A DNA stretch of 64,000 nucleotides from Schizochytrium sp. TIO01 (taxonomy: Eukaryota > Protista > Bigyra: Labyrinthulomycetes): NCBI GenBank assembly GCA_004764695.1, contig SMSO01000032.1:2356001-2420000 (forward strand). Reading direction: 5' to 3'. Shown piece by piece: positions 19,833 to 33,114 of the stretch (position 1 is its first letter; each line of letters starts with the position of its first letter). Below the pieces are notes generated by a model. The model made no database searches and had not been told where the DNA came from. It worked only from the letters and a program-made list of their open reading frames with translations. The translations under genes and the position numbers were made by a program.

Positions 19833-22689
19833 TCATAGCAGGTTTGATTGCAATTCATGTTCTCCGTGAATTGGAACAGCGCTATGCTGTTGATGTTGGT
19901 GCGAATGTCCATGATGTTCAATTTCGCTTCGGTGATGGTATTGATGTTGGTGGACAGGCATGGTTTGCTCGTATGCCACATCAAGGCGAGACTGCGCAGG
20001 CTGTGCACGCGGTGGAATCGATGCAGCGATTTGGCGGTGAGCCTCGTGGTGCTGGTGTTCCGTTGACATGGATTGTTGATGAGTAGTACTACCATGGCTA
20101 TGGCCATGATGCGAATCATGGTAGCATTGCAGAATTTTAGGGTTCTCTTGCTGGTGCTGGTACTGAGGTTGATGCATTGAAGGTTGTTTATGATTATGAG
20201 CATGCACATGCACATGCGCATGACCATGGCCATGATCATGGTTACACGGTGTATGTTGCTGTGTTTTTTTCACTGCGTGTTGAGAACAGCCATGGCTATG
20301 ACCATGATGAGAATCATGACTTTGATGACTATGTCCATGATGCTGAGGCCTTGAGTCTTGGAGCTGCATACGTTGAGCAAGTGCAAGCTTTTGGTCATAG
20401 GTAAGAAATATATCTGAAGCACGAGTGAGGGTATTTTCCTCACAATCCCAGAACATAGGCGCACTGTGCTGGCGCTGAGATTCTGTCATGGTGTAATACA
20501 ACCCCTTGTGGTATATTTGTACTGTACTATACCTTACTCGTGGGAGTTTGGATCTAATGAGGTTTTCAATAGGACGCAGAATCTGCTGAGGTTCACACCC
20601 ATCGTCAACAATGATATGCATTGACACTACATGCGTAGATTGACTATGCAACCAAATTTGTGGCTCGCGGATAGATAGGACGCCATCAAACAACAAAATA
20701 CGATTTAGAGTATCTTGAAATGCTGCTGTAGTCTCGCTAGGTACGGTTAGCAATAGGGTCGATGCGGTAATCTTAAGTAGAGGATAAACACTACTTAAAA
20801 TGAGAAGCGATATGAGAAATGAACAGATGGGGTCTGCAACAAACCATCCCTTATATTCAATAAGTAATGAAGAGATAATCACTCCAAGGCTGCCTAAAGT
20901 ATCAGCAAGGACATGCAAAAAGACACCATGCATATTCTCGTTTCCGTGCGAACAACCTCCTCCACCATGTGAGTGTCCGTGATCAGAGCCAAGATGTGAG
21001 TGGTCATGGAAGAATACAAGACCAACAAGATTCACCAAGAATCCCATAACTGATGTAGAAAGAAGACCATTAGTGCCTAGCTCAGGGGGGTCTGAAATGC
21101 GCTCGATTGATTCTGTCATAATGAAAATACCAATAAAAACAAGAAACACTCCGTTGACAAATGCACATAAAGTTTCAAAGCGAGCATAGCCATATGTGTA
21201 AATATGATCTGGGTTCCACTTGGATACAAATGAGGCAACCAGGCCAATGAAGAGAGCCATACAGTCAAAAAGCATGTGACCTGCATCGGAAATGAGGCCA
21301 AGTGAGTTGGTCCAAAATCCTACCACAACCTCTACGAACATGAACGAGAGATTAATAATGAGAAAAATGACAATGCGGCGTGAGTCAGGGGAAGTCATAC
21401 AGTGACGCCACATGCGGCGCGCACCAGCAATAAATCCTTTTGAAGATATTGGAATATGGCCTTTGAAGAGTGTAGCGTGTGCTGCTAATGCCCCAGAAGA
21501 ATACGAAGTTTGCAGACTGTTATCGTTAAGGATAAACTGCACAAACTTTTTGAAAGGGTTCGCTGAGCAGATTTGAGCTTGTCGATTCCCATGTGCGATC
21601 CATCGAAGTAGGTAAGATCGTGCCTCCCACACCTGTACTGTGAGCCCGGCTCGCATCACGAAGTCCAATGAGAGCACATACAAATGAAGTCCACTCGAGC
21701 AGGCTCGGAAATATCCCCATGCATACAATAGTCGTTGCAAAGCCAGCAGAAAGGGTAATAGGTCCCGGCATGCCTGCATGCAAGAAGTGTGTCTCTGCAT
21801 AAAAGTCCAACACCAGTGCGAGTGCTCCCACTCCCACCGCATAAACAATTGTGTGCCACGCCAAAACACTGTAGTCATAATCTGCTCCGACAATAGCCTC
21901 TCCTAGGACATCAAGAGTGACTAAAGGTAAAAGCATAATAGCTGCTGCACAAAGTGACAGTGAGTGGAGCTTCTTCGGACCCCCAATATCTTTTGCAACT
22001 TTGTGTGAGAACCTGGCCCACACCGCCCGAACCAGGGAGCTGGCCAGTAGGATGGAGATTCCAAGGTGGATTTGCTCCCCATCATAAACTAGAAGCATGA
22101 AGGCTACGAGGAATAGAACTTCCCCGCTCGCAAGTTGAGTAGATCTTTCACCTTTTCGGCCTGAGAGCATTGCAAGCACCCCTGTAACACAAACGTGGGA
22201 ATGCTCGAGGATTATTGTACGCACGACGCCGCATACCTGAAGACCCTTAGCCCAGAGAAGCCACGAGCACCCCAGTAGGAAGCCGTTGATCGCAACTTGA
22301 GCCCAATCCTGGCCCGCGAGATGTCTAGAACCTCGCCAAGGTTTTTGCAGCACCATAGAGATCGACGCCGCCGCTGCCAAGGTCATAAAGCAGAAGACCA
22401 AGACTGGGAGGCCTGATGAAGACGCCAGGAGAAGCTCGGAGCTAAGGAAAACCCCAATTCCGCGGAGGGCCTTTGCAGCGAAGAGCTTCACGCCGCTGCT
22501 CACGTCTCTGCGGCCATGGCGGAGTACCGGACCTCGAGGGGCATGCTGCCGCCTTTTCAAACCGCTGTCAAGACGCTCGCGAGGACGCGAGGAGCTTGCG
22601 TCGACATTGGAGGGCAACGACAAAGACGTGGCATCGAAGGGTGCCAGTCCCTCGAATGCACGCGGGATAGTGTGTGAGGTACCGCTCAT
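19833..22689 (-). CDS. ZnT5/Msc2-like CDF zinc transporter (N-terminal multi-TM region, CDF domain, His-rich tail), interrupted by a +1 frameshift near 21546-21558
   Basis: ORF 22689-21526 gives the N-terminal TM region. ORF 21893-19833 gives the CDF motifs LGLISDAGHMLFD, YTYGYARFE and NMHGVFLHVLADTLGS. Removing one base joins them into 951 aa. Confidence 0.88.
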
Positions 22690-24837
22690 GGTTGCGGGAT
22701 TGGTGCCTCTCCGACGGCCGATTTTCGTCTCGACATGTTTTCTTTTAAAGTTTTTCTTTTTTCTTCTGCGAAAGTTATTCGCAGTGCATAAATGGGTATC
22801 TTTAGAAAGTCGTTCTTGAGATAAAAGAAGAGAGAGAACTGAAGACTTGCGTCTTGAGTGAAAGCTTTTATCATTGATTTGCGGGTATCCAGAAAGTTAA
22901 TGAGAGGTAGAGATTGGCAAGGTTTCTTTCGATATATATACACATACACAAATATGCATATTATTTTTCGATATATATATTTTAAACGCTTTTTTCCCAC
23001 AAAGTTCAACTTTTTCACGTTAGGATCTGGAAAGATTACTTGTCCTGATATCGTTTTGATGAAGCCTGAACAGGAGGTAAGGAATGGCACCCCGAGCTTG
23101 GCAGGGCCGTTCTGTGTATTATATGCTGACTGGATATCTTTATGGCTGCTATCCTCAAGCAGTTTACAAATAAACTACCCTGTTTCTATTTACATTCATC
23201 AGGAGTCCGAATAGAACTTTAATTACATTTTTTCAACACAGACTTCTCGTTGTCAATTGTGTAAATTCTTGTATTATCGAATTCGAACAAATCATATTAG
23301 TCAAAACTATCCCCAAGCACTTGTCATATAACAGGACCAAGAGGAGAGATTAGCAGATCTTCAGATTCGAGCGGTAAGAACCTTAAATCGACAACTCTGG
23401 TTGTGCAGGCGGTCCAAGGAGATTATGCCATGTACAAGTCACGAAAACGTGTGCAAACAGGGGCGTTGTGTGACCGAAAGGGGAGTGTTACAGTCGCTTT
23501 CTCCTTGAACGGTATCAGAGTATATCGGCTTCTGCTGCCTTGTTTCTCGTGTGCCGGGTGCAAAGACTCTTAAGCTAGGTTCTAAGAAACAAGAGAACCA
23601 ATATTCGGTGACAAAGAAATTGCACAATAAACGTAGGACCTGAATGGAAGCGAATGTTGCGTCAGAGCTGGTAGGGGTGAGAGCGAGAGCCAATGGTGAT
23701 ATCAACTGGCGCTATCCAAGAGTGTGGATTGTTGAAGTTGGGGCTTGGAGTCTTTTAAAGAATTGCATTTGGTGATGTAGGCTGTGTAGACAGCGACCGA
23801 TGAACGTCTGTCTGGCTAGATTAATTAGTTTCCAACGAAGGCTCGTCTTGTCGGAAAGGCTAACTAGTTGGGCATCCTGCTCAAAAGCTGACACCCAGCG
23901 TATGAAAGAGCGTGCAGCTGCAAATCAGCCTGTGACGACTTTTAGGTGCTCATTTCTGTGGTTGTCGGAGACTAACACACGATAGTAGCACCTACCCACG
24001 GTAATGTGAGCGATTGATTTTCATGAAACTTCGTGTTGCTGAACATGGATAACCAAGTTTCCTTAAAAGCTCATCATTATTGAGAGCTCGACATCTGCTG
24101 TTTGTGTTCAAGATTGTATTGGACAACTTCGACCGGAAAAGAGCAAGATCCTCGAAGTTTGGTTGTGGAAGAATGCTTTGATGATCTTTCCTCGAATGCT
24201 ATGGTCTGTTTCTCAAATCTCGTTTTTCACCTTCTACGTTGTACGTACGACCAACGAGACATCAGTTCCTGTCGGAGTGTATGTACACTTGTTCGTTCTC
24301 TTCCCGCCATTGTTTATGCATGCAATACACGCTTATCGAAGTACCCGTTCCTGTTTCTTAATTCGTGATTGGCCATGAGTACTTCTCTCAATCTCCAATT
24401 AGGTGATACAACCCGTGAAGGCACGTGACCGCACGCGATTTAGGGAAGATTTGCTGCCAATCACACATCGGCCTTTTCCTCCTGTAGGCAAGCAAGTTCA
24501 ATCAACCTCTTCGGAAACCTAAATTTGGGAATCGACAATGAGACAAAATTCGCTTGTTGGCCATAGCAACTGCTTGGGCGATGGGCGGCTGCAACCTCAA
24601 TGCTGCGTAGAGTCTCGCAATGGTCAGCAGCACTTCTTGGGTGTTTCAATTGTGCTCTAAGGTCTTGAACAAAACGAAACAGAGCAGAACAGAACAAAAC
24701 ATTAATATTAAAATTCAAGGAGAAGTTTCGTGAATGAAGTTGCAACTTAAAGAGCTCTCCACGAGGGCGCTTTGTGAGAGGCGGCAATACAGCCCTGTGA
24801 AGGCCCTGGCCTACGCAAGTAGCCGCCTTGGTTTCCG

Positions 24838-25788
24838 ATGAACTCTTTGGATGTATTTGAAGCTGCTCAAAGAGAAGATGAGAATCAAGATGTCGAAGAT
24901 TTGCAGCACAAAGACCCTGGGCTTCGAGAGCGCAAGCGGCAAAGGTTGAGTGACGAATCAAATATACGAGAAGGCGAGGCTAATGTCAAGGTGGTTGCGG
25001 TAGATGATGGGCTCGACGACGAAAGCAACGCCGGAGGGGAAGATAAAGTTCAAATAATTGATCTTTCATCACCAGTGTCATCGTCACCAAAATCTCCTCC
25101 TGGTGAGGAAATACTAGAAAAGAATACAGAAGAACAGAGAGTTTTTGCAACATTTGTTAAACCTTTATCAAATCTTCCTGCAGCAGGGAGAACAAATAGA
25201 ATAGATCTTAAACTTGACGGTGGTCTCGTCCCTTCACTGATTGTTGTAGACCTGGATCATACGTTGTGGCCTGCAACACTTTTGGCAAATAAGTTCCCTT
25301 CCTTTGAAAGTACTGGAATCGTAGCCGGCGCATGTAGGTGCAAAGACGCAGCCGGCAATTCTGACGAACTGCGATTATATTCAGACGTTGTGAAATTGCT
25401 ATCAGAACTTCAATCACATGGCATAAGACTCGCGATTGCGAGCAGCTCTCCAAGCGCGAAAGTCGCCCAAATAGCCCTCCGAGCACTTGGGGTCTTGAGC
25501 ATGTTCAAGCTTGACTCAATTTGCGTGTTTGCAGGCAATAAAGAACCACATCTGCGCAAGATCATGGAGATGAACAGGGGAGTGAACCCACAAAATATCC
25601 TGTTTTTCGATGACCTAAAGCCTAACATACGAACAGCAGAACGACTCGGCATTTATGCTCATCAAGTAGACAGAGCAAATGGCTTCTGCATATCCGCTTG
25701 GCATACTGCTCTCCGAAACTGGAGAAGCACTAGGGCTACCGCAAACTCGTTTCGTTTGTTCTTCTCCAAGCCAGCGTCTTCCATGTAA
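24838..25788 (+). CDS. MDP1: Magnesium-dependent phosphatase 1-like HAD phosphatase
   Basis: Motif I LIVVDLDHTLWP, motif II LAIASSS, K in GNKEPH, motif IV ILFFDD; acidic N-terminal extension. Confidence 0.88.
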   Translation: MNSLDVFEAAQREDENQDVEDLQHKDPGLRERKRQRLSDESNIREGEANVKVVAVDDGLDDESNAGGEDKVQIIDLSSPVSSSPKSPPGEEILEKNTEEQRVFATFVKPLSNLPAAGRTNRIDLKLDGGLVPSLIVVDLDHTLWPATLLANKFPSFESTGIVAGACRCKDAAGNSDELRLYSDVVKLLSELQSHGIRLAIASSSPSAKVAQIALRALGVLSMFKLDSICVFAGNKEPHLRKIMEMNRGVNPQNILFFDDLKPNIRTAERLGIYAHQVDRANGFCISAWHTALRNWRSTRATANSFRLFFSKPASSM

Positions 25789-25993
25789 ACAAGAACGTAT
25801 CAAACCAAACCAGATGTAGCTTAATTTCGACTGTGATTTCGGCACTGCCTAGAGTTCATTAATAATAACATGCAAATTATGATATGATGTTTACCTATTT
25901 ATATTATATATTTTATACATTTGAAGGAAAGTTATGCCTCGTAGAATAAGAAGCAGATTGGCACTGCTACAGCACACATGTGAAAACATGCAT

Positions 25994-26632
25994 TTAGAAA
26001 AGGCCATGCTTCTTTTTCTCACGAATGCGCACAAATTTTGGTAGCATTGCGAAATCTCGTTTCGCCATCCCAAAAAGCTGTTCAAAGGTTTCATTAGTCA
26101 AACGCGTTTCACGTTGAGTAGGGTCAACGTCTCTTGGCCAACAGGCTCCTGCGCGTAGCACCTCAATCGGGTAGTTGCCCTCTGCATCAGGTGGTATGTT
26201 TGGGCAGGGGCGCGCTTCAAGTACTTGTCCAGAACGGAGCTTTTGAAACTCTTGTTTTGATGATTCATGGCTAGCAATGTCCGACTGAAACTTATCAAAT
26301 GTCTCATTACCCAGAGCATTACGAAGCTCTTCTTCAGAATGGCGATCTTTCAGCACAGCGAAATTTCTCCAAATTGCCCTTACACACGCACTTTCCAGAG
26401 CATCGCGGTGAGTAAAGCGGGAGAGCTCGAGGATGTCAAGGATCTCTCTCGAAGACGTGCTAGCTCTCTTGCGCAGCGCATCGTCACAGAGATCTAACAG
26501 TGACTTGGGCATATAGACTCGTTCTTTGGGCCTGCCAAGGTCTTGCTGATTTCCTGAATCTTCTTCTTCCTGCGGCTCACGAGCGAACCCTTGCGCAGCA
26601 TGCCGAGACACCTGCACCCGTGTGCGAACCAT
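25994..26632 (-). CDS. Small villin-headpiece-domain protein
   Basis: C-terminus PRDVDPTQRETRLTNETFEQLFGMAKRDFAMLPKFVRIREKKKHGLF is a canonical headpiece; no gelsolin repeats. Confidence 0.88.
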   Translation of the reverse strand: MVRTRVQVSRHAAQGFAREPQEEEDSGNQQDLGRPKERVYMPKSLLDLCDDALRKRASTSSREILDILELSRFTHRDALESACVRAIWRNFAVLKDRHSEEELRNALGNETFDKFQSDIASHESSKQEFQKLRSGQVLEARPCPNIPPDAEGNYPIEVLRAGACWPRDVDPTQRETRLTNETFEQLFGMAKRDFAMLPKFVRIREKKKHGLF

Positions 26633-27699
26633 TGTGCCTTATTTGTCCTCGATCTGGTGGTGTCCTCTACAGTGGCTCACGCACGATATAAAGTGAATGC
26701 AAGCTTTCGATGATTGATGAGGAGTGAAAAGGACTCGATGTTTGAGGTACCTAAGTAGTAGATAATACTCCACCTAGAGGCAAATTAAAAATATTATATC
26801 TGTTCCGTCCAAGATCCGCGACCCTTCCAGGATTTCGATATCGCTTACATAAGCACTGGCATATTGGGCAGCCTGCCGAAGGGCTTGCAACGAACTTGAA
26901 TGAATGTAAATTGCAGGCTCACATGCAAAAACGAGTGATTTTCAGTAGCCTACATTGCCTATTTCTTCTCCTTCAGACTTTTTAATCGGTATGCCTAGTA
27001 GTCCATGGTTTGTGAAGATAGTAAATGGCAAATTTGTTCCAGGCCAATTGTTGAGCAGTCCCTATCAGGCTGAAAACTACTTCTATACCCAAATCTCACG
27101 CCACGTGTTTCCCTCAAATCGAGAATAATTGCAGTTCTGCTTGCAGTATCAATAATTCGATCATATCTGGTTCAGTTTTAAAAATTAAAGCTAAGCCAGA
27201 AATGATTCTGTACATTTATATCCTTCATCCTCAGTTTGCCAGTTCCCATACCCACCCCTCGTGATCCTCATCACGCTAGCTATTATTTATGTCTTCTCCC
27301 TCCACAATCTTTAGTCTTCTTTTCTCCATCTCTACAACCAAAACGAACTCCACATCGTCACGCTTCTCCCTCACGTCACCTGTGACTACTACGTGTTTTC
27401 CTACCCTTTACTGTATTTACTTTATCAGTAATGGTAAACTCGCCTATTATCAACGCCTAGGTTTCGCTGTTTCTACTCGAGGTACGCCTAGTTAATACTT
27501 TAATTGGCATTGTGAGATTTAAGTTTAAGAAATAAAAAAGGAGAAGAAGAAGAAAAAAGATTATTTGTTTGTTTCGGAAAAAGAGCGTCCGAATTGAAAT
27601 CGAAATCAAACTTGAGATGCAAAGCCAGAACTTGAGCTCAAACCGATTGAGAAACTCGAACAGAGTGGAGGTAGTGTTGCTGCCGTCTGTTTTGCAGAG

Positions 27700-28608
27700 A
27701 TGGCTTCTGGATTCAACCGTCTCGGCCTGGCCGTGCGCGAGGCCGTCCGTGCTCTGCGAGATCCCTACCTTGGAGGTGAGTCTGTGGCAGCTGTGGCCGA
27801 GTTGACCGGTGATGTTGCTCTTCGCGAGATGAGGTCGAAACTTTCTAAGCACCCTACTGGCCGTCGCATTCTCTCTGAGCGCCCCGTCCTCGACCAAAAC
27901 TCTGTGGATTTTGCCCGCCTGTCGAAGCTCCCCAAGGACTCCGTCGGAGGCGCATTCGCTGCTTATTTAAACATGCATGGCTTCGAATTCGGCACGCGGC
28001 CTCAGGTTAGGTATGTTGAAGATCCTGAGCTCGCATACATCATGCAGCGCTATCGGGATACGCACGATCTCTTGCATGCTATCTGTGGAGTCCCCGTCAG
28101 TGTCAGCGGCGAGGTCGCCCTCAAGTGGTATGAGATGGCGCAGACTGGCCTTCCAATGACAGCTCTCGCAGCCTTTGCAGGAGGCCTTCGTGCCGAGGCT
28201 TCTATGCGCAGCAGTATCTTCAGCGGAGGGCCTCTCTACAGTCTGCTTGGCAACGGGCCGCCTTCGGAGCTCAGTGCCTACGTCTTCTTCTGTGTTCAAA
28301 TGGCCTCGCGTTCTGACTTCTTTCTGAACATATACTTTGAGGAGTGCTGGGAAGAGAATATCCATGACATGCGCAAAAGAGTTGGCCTTCGAGCGCTCCC
28401 AGACAATCTTGCTAGCCTTGATGCGTCCTTTGATGCATCCAGAATCCCGCTCATGCGCAAGCATTATGAGGCGGCGTTACAGGCCTTGGGACCTGGCCTC
28501 ACACAATCAGAGCAGGCTCGTCGTGCTCCGTTTGAGAAATACCTTCAGGCGCTTGAGGAGCTTGAAAAGGCGAACCATGCAGCAAAAGACCAAAACCCCT
28601 TGCCATAA
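27700..28608 (+). CDS. COQ4: Ubiquinone biosynthesis protein COQ4
   Basis: PTGRRILSERP, YIMQRYRDTHDLLHAICG (HDxxH motif), GEVALKWYEMAQTGLPM. Confidence 0.95.
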   Translation: MASGFNRLGLAVREAVRALRDPYLGGESVAAVAELTGDVALREMRSKLSKHPTGRRILSERPVLDQNSVDFARLSKLPKDSVGGAFAAYLNMHGFEFGTRPQVRYVEDPELAYIMQRYRDTHDLLHAICGVPVSVSGEVALKWYEMAQTGLPMTALAAFAGGLRAEASMRSSIFSGGPLYSLLGNGPPSELSAYVFFCVQMASRSDFFLNIYFEECWEENIHDMRKRVGLRALPDNLASLDASFDASRIPLMRKHYEAALQALGPGLTQSEQARRAPFEKYLQALEELEKANHAAKDQNPLP

Positions 28609-29143
28609 AATTCGTTGTAGACATTTGGTTTGAATAGAGGGGTTAGTATATTTTCAGGGCTAAAAATTTGCCTGTATCTGCAGTATGCAGACCTTACACC
28701 AAACGTACAATGAATCAAACTCTTTTCTTTATAAGGTATATAACAAGACTGGAATATACCTCCTAAAGAGGCACCATATTCTCAGTGCCACAAATAAAAA
28801 CTTCACGGCACCAAAAATAATGACAAGGCTCGTAGCATAGTTGAATTAGCTTGTGTGTCGGTTCTGAGCTTGCTTTGATCACAAAACCTTCTGCAGTAGC
28901 GCATTCCTCTTTTAATTTACATTTTTTTTTATAATATTAAAATCCAGCGAGATCTACACGATAGTTCTGTTCCATCTCATGCGTGCATTCCCGTTCATAT
29001 TCTTGTTTGTTCAGGAGCGAGAAACATAAAATATCTGATTTAAGATTATTACTCAGTATTCAATATTCATATTATCATTTACATTGTTTGTGGGTTGTAG
29101 GGTGTTTCGAGATCAACTCACTAAAAGAGTAGAAGACTGTCTT

Positions 29144-30610
29144 TTAACACAGGGTGGTACCAAGCGTATTCGCGACGAGGTCATCGTCAAAAGTGAAGTA
29201 CGATGTCTCGTTATTGTAGCCATAGTTTACACGAGGAGAGGGGCGAATATATTGCGCAGGGGAGTATGGCATTGGTGAAGGAAGGGTAAAGCTGTGCATG
29301 GGTGATTTGAGACCCGGATCAAGTGACAGCAAACCTGCACTAATTCGGCGCTTCTTGTTGTATGGACTCGACTCACTTGCTTCTCCTTTAACCGAGAATG
29401 GGCTACCTGAAAAGGTTAAACCCATGGTCTCATTCACGCTGCAAAGTTCAGGAATGCGCGGCGTAGGTGCTTGAAGGTTGCCGGACTCAAATGTTCTTGG
29501 AGTTAGCGCAATGGTGAGAAAACTTGGCGACAAAGTCTGGGTTGAGAGTCTGTCAGAGCCAGGTTGCCCGTCTGCGATAAAGTTAAGCCTTGCAGGGACA
29601 CAGGTATCAATTGCTGGGGGGCGTACAGGTTTACGGTCAGCTTCGATGGATGAAAAATCTTGTTTTTGGTGAGCGTCGTTATGGCCAAAGTCAGTTGTGC
29701 CAGATCCGTGAGACTGGTATGTATTCGTGCTGGTGCTCGTTAAAATAGACCGCTCATCCATAGGCGACGAAGCCGAAGAACTGGTCGAGGAGCTCACAGA
29801 GGTGCTATCCTCAACTCTGACATCTACAGAGAGTCCCAAGTTTGGTACCATAGGTTTGGCGAATGACTTGCGACGGCGGACAACTTTACTTTCGTGTCTA
29901 GGTCGATCAGGGTTACTTTGCTGGTGCTGATTTTGGCCATGATGTTGGTCTGACCCGATGTAACCACTGACAGGGGTGTAACCTTGCTGCGGTAGCGAAG
30001 GGCCGTATGGCGAAGAACTGTAGGATAAGTTCCCTGGAGCATATGGAGAGAGGCAAGGCGAGGATACAGAGGGTTGCTGGGCCCATCCACCGATGTAGGA
30101 AGGCTGGGTATAGCACATTTTTGATGGTGTGGACACATAAGTGTCTATTTGCGGATGCATATTCATAGAATATGAAGAGCCATATGGGTTGTGCACAGAG
30201 CCGTGGTAGACATCCATGGATTCGTCCGAGTCGCTACGGACAAGACCACGCTTCCGCTTGCGGAGTGTGGAATACCAGTGATTCTTGATTGCATTGTCTG
30301 TGCGACCGGGAAGTATCTTGGCTATTTTTGCCCACTGGTTTCCAAGGCGGGATTGTGCTTCAATGAGGACTTGCTCTTCTTCAGCGGTCCATGGGTCCTT
30401 CGAAATTGACGGATCGAGGTGATTCATCCAACGTGTGCGGCATTGTTTACCTGTGCGTTTGGCTTCAGGCAAGCGTTGGTTTAGCCTCATGGCCACTTGC
30501 GACCATTGTTTTCCAGCTGCTGAGACACCAACAAGATCAATGATAACATCGTCTTCTTCTTTGGTCCAAGCTCTTCGGTGGAATGTCTTGCGCTTCTCTC
30601 CACCCATCAT
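29144..30610 (-). CDS. R2R3-MYB transcription factor
   Basis: Two MYB repeats (WTKEED...[16 protein letters not shown]; WTAEEE...[23 protein letters not shown]) followed by an S/P-rich tail. Confidence 0.95.
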   Translation of the reverse strand: MMGGEKRKTFHRRAWTKEEDDVIIDLVGVSAAGKQWSQVAMRLNQRLPEAKRTGKQCRTRWMNHLDPSISKDPWTAEEEQVLIEAQSRLGNQWAKIAKILPGRTDNAIKNHWYSTLRKRKRGLVRSDSDESMDVYHGSVHNPYGSSYSMNMHPQIDTYVSTPSKMCYTQPSYIGGWAQQPSVSSPCLSPYAPGNLSYSSSPYGPSLPQQGYTPVSGYIGSDQHHGQNQHQQSNPDRPRHESKVVRRRKSFAKPMVPNLGLSVDVRVEDSTSVSSSTSSSASSPMDERSILTSTSTNTYQSHGSGTTDFGHNDAHQKQDFSSIEADRKPVRPPAIDTCVPARLNFIADGQPGSDRLSTQTLSPSFLTIALTPRTFESGNLQAPTPRIPELCSVNETMGLTFSGSPFSVKGEASESSPYNKKRRISAGLLSLDPGLKSPMHSFTLPSPMPYSPAQYIRPSPRVNYGYNNETSYFTFDDDLVANTLGTTLC

Positions 30611-33061
30611 CTGTGCTGTATGTCGCTAGATAACAGTCTCCTCTTCCACAGTGATCCAGAGGGAAGACTCCTAGCTAATAAATCTGGATTATAGACAGCA
30701 CCTAATTCTGCTGTCTTGTGTCTTTGTTGGATGGCAAATTGTCAAGGCAAGCCAAGAAAGGACTTTGCTGTTGAAGATTTCTCTTAAGTTTCACGATGCC
30801 AAAGTCAAGACTGGCTTGTCTTAAACCTGTCAATAAGTCCACGTGAATCTGCCACTGCAAATGCTCAAGCTGTAGACGGCTCAGCTTGGGAACTTTGGTG
30901 GTCCCAGTAGTCCCCTTCGACGGTTAATGAACGAATGAGCGTGCGCCCCCGGGGACTTACGCGCTCCCTTCTTCTTGTGGGTGATCCCAGCAAGCAAGCT
31001 CCTTGTTTGCAGAGAAACTCGTAACTGCACGAGCCAATCGACAGTTCAATCACCTCCGTGGCTCTTTGCTGCTGATGCTGATGGTGCTGCCGCGGAGCGA
31101 GGCAAATGGGTCTGGCGGAATCGATAGATGATGCGGAGAGGTGCGACCCACGGGTTGATATTATTTGCAATTAGGAAACTCATGTGAGATCTAAATCATC
31201 AAAAACAATTCAGTCTCCGGTTTAAAAAAATTCTATGAGCGCATAATCTTCTGTTTTCTCTTTTTTTTTTTTTTTTTTTTTTTAAATTAAAAGTCGCGAC
31301 GAAAAACAGAATCTAAAGTGTATGGAGTAGAATATGAAAAGCACGAAGAGGCTGAGTGAGTAAACCAATCTAAAGTCGATTGGCTTCGGCCTCTGTTTAG
31401 CTGTGCAATAAGTGGCGGGAGGGAAATGTCTCTTGTACTTGGGAAGCATAGTTTCAAGAGCGTACCTCATCTTATTTTTTATTTTATTTTTTCTCGAGGC
31501 TAAAACAACACAGACACAAAATACCGCTGTAAAGTGGAGACGACTTACTTCCTGAACTTATTATTCGAACGGCATTTTCCATCAGAAACAGAGCAATCGT
31601 TCGAGGTTCAAGAATTATCTGAGGCGTCGCAGCTCTTAAAGACCTCAGCTCCTTACAACGCCCATACAACAGCGAGTCATCTGCCTGCCCTTGTACGCTT
31701 TCCAACGAGTGATTGCTCGAGTTTTCGAGCATCCTCTTTCTTCAATTTGGCTTTTCATTTCGATTATCCTCGAGAAAGAAAAATACTGTCATTCTATTTA
31801 TTAGGTTTTAAAGTGTTTTTTACTACTCAACTTTTAGCATTGTTTTATGTTTGTTTCTTGTGTTTTTTGTTGTTTTTTTAATTAAATGATTTTGCCGAGA
31901 GTAATGCGAGCGCGCTCGTTCCCATTCGTGGCGCTGGAAACTCTGAGGACCTTAGATAGGAACCATAAAGACTTTATTACGCCCGAGATCTATAAACCCA
32001 AAAAGCACATTTTGATGATCTCTGTCTCATTCATACATGCATAAACACCATATCATATACTACATACATACTAACTAGCCAGAGTTGAATCAATCAATCA
32101 ATCAATCAGTCAATCAATCAATAATAAATAAATAGATGCAAATACACAGATTGAGACTCGATCGGCCATTTCGTAACGAATGAGCAATAGAAAGTCGAGG
32201 ACCGGAGCGGAATCGATTTGGATCTCGAGAATCGATTCTTTTGCTTGCGCTTGTTCCAAGTGCTTCGCCTTTGACTTCTTCTTCTCCTCCTTCTTTCTAC
32301 ATCTCCATTTCTTGTTTGGATTTCAAGCTCCCAGTCTGTCGCCCGAATTTGCGAAGGGATTGAAAAATGCATTTCGATTTGATGTCGGCAACGTCAAAAA
32401 GGAGCCACAAAACCGAATGTGAGAAAGAGAGGCGCCCCAAACTTCTGGAAATGTGGCCAACCAAGCATTAAACACGTGGGTATCAGGAACGTGGCCTCCT
32501 CAAGGGCCGTAACTGAGATGTCTAAGTCTCTCCTTTCCTTCAGTCATGTGGTTCTTCCTATCTGTCAACGAAATACGACACATACATGTATACGAATTTA
32601 TTCATCTTTATTTATGCTTCCTTCCCTTTTTTTTCTTTTCTTTTTTACTTATTAAATGGTTTTCATTGACAGAAAAAGGGGAAAAGAGAAAAAGAGAATT
32701 GAAAGTTCTAAGTGCGTGTATTGAAAACCCCCTTTGAAAAACACATTGAACTTGTGGCTCGAGCTGTCGAGACCCTCATATTGCCCATAGAGAGCACCTG
32801 TCGGCAGAACTTTCTCTGTAAGGGAGTCTGCGGCCACGCTTCCAGCCATTCTTCATTTACGTACGCCTCCTCCGATCCCGACGTCGCTCCTTCAAGTAAG
32901 AAGGGGTCTTTGCTGCCGCTCAACACACAAAGAAATAATTAAATAAAGAAAGAAAGTCCTTGAATTCAGATACAAGAATGCGTGAGTGAGTTTCATTCAA
33001 CGCGAACCTCAGAGTCGTATGGCCATTCATCTCTCAGTCAATCGATCAGTGCCAAACAGGC

Positions 33062-33063
33062 GA

Positions 33064-33113
<50 letters not shown>
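33062..33113 (+). repeat. (GAAA)n microsatellite
   Basis: About 13 perfect units. Confidence 0.95.

Positions 33114-33114
<1 letters not shown>

Noticed and set aside
22900-24800. Short ORFs in the spacer between the zinc transporter and MDP-1, and likewise at 7600-9000 and 52000-54100
   Set aside because: No motifs, many non-ATG starts, and no transposase or RT signatures.
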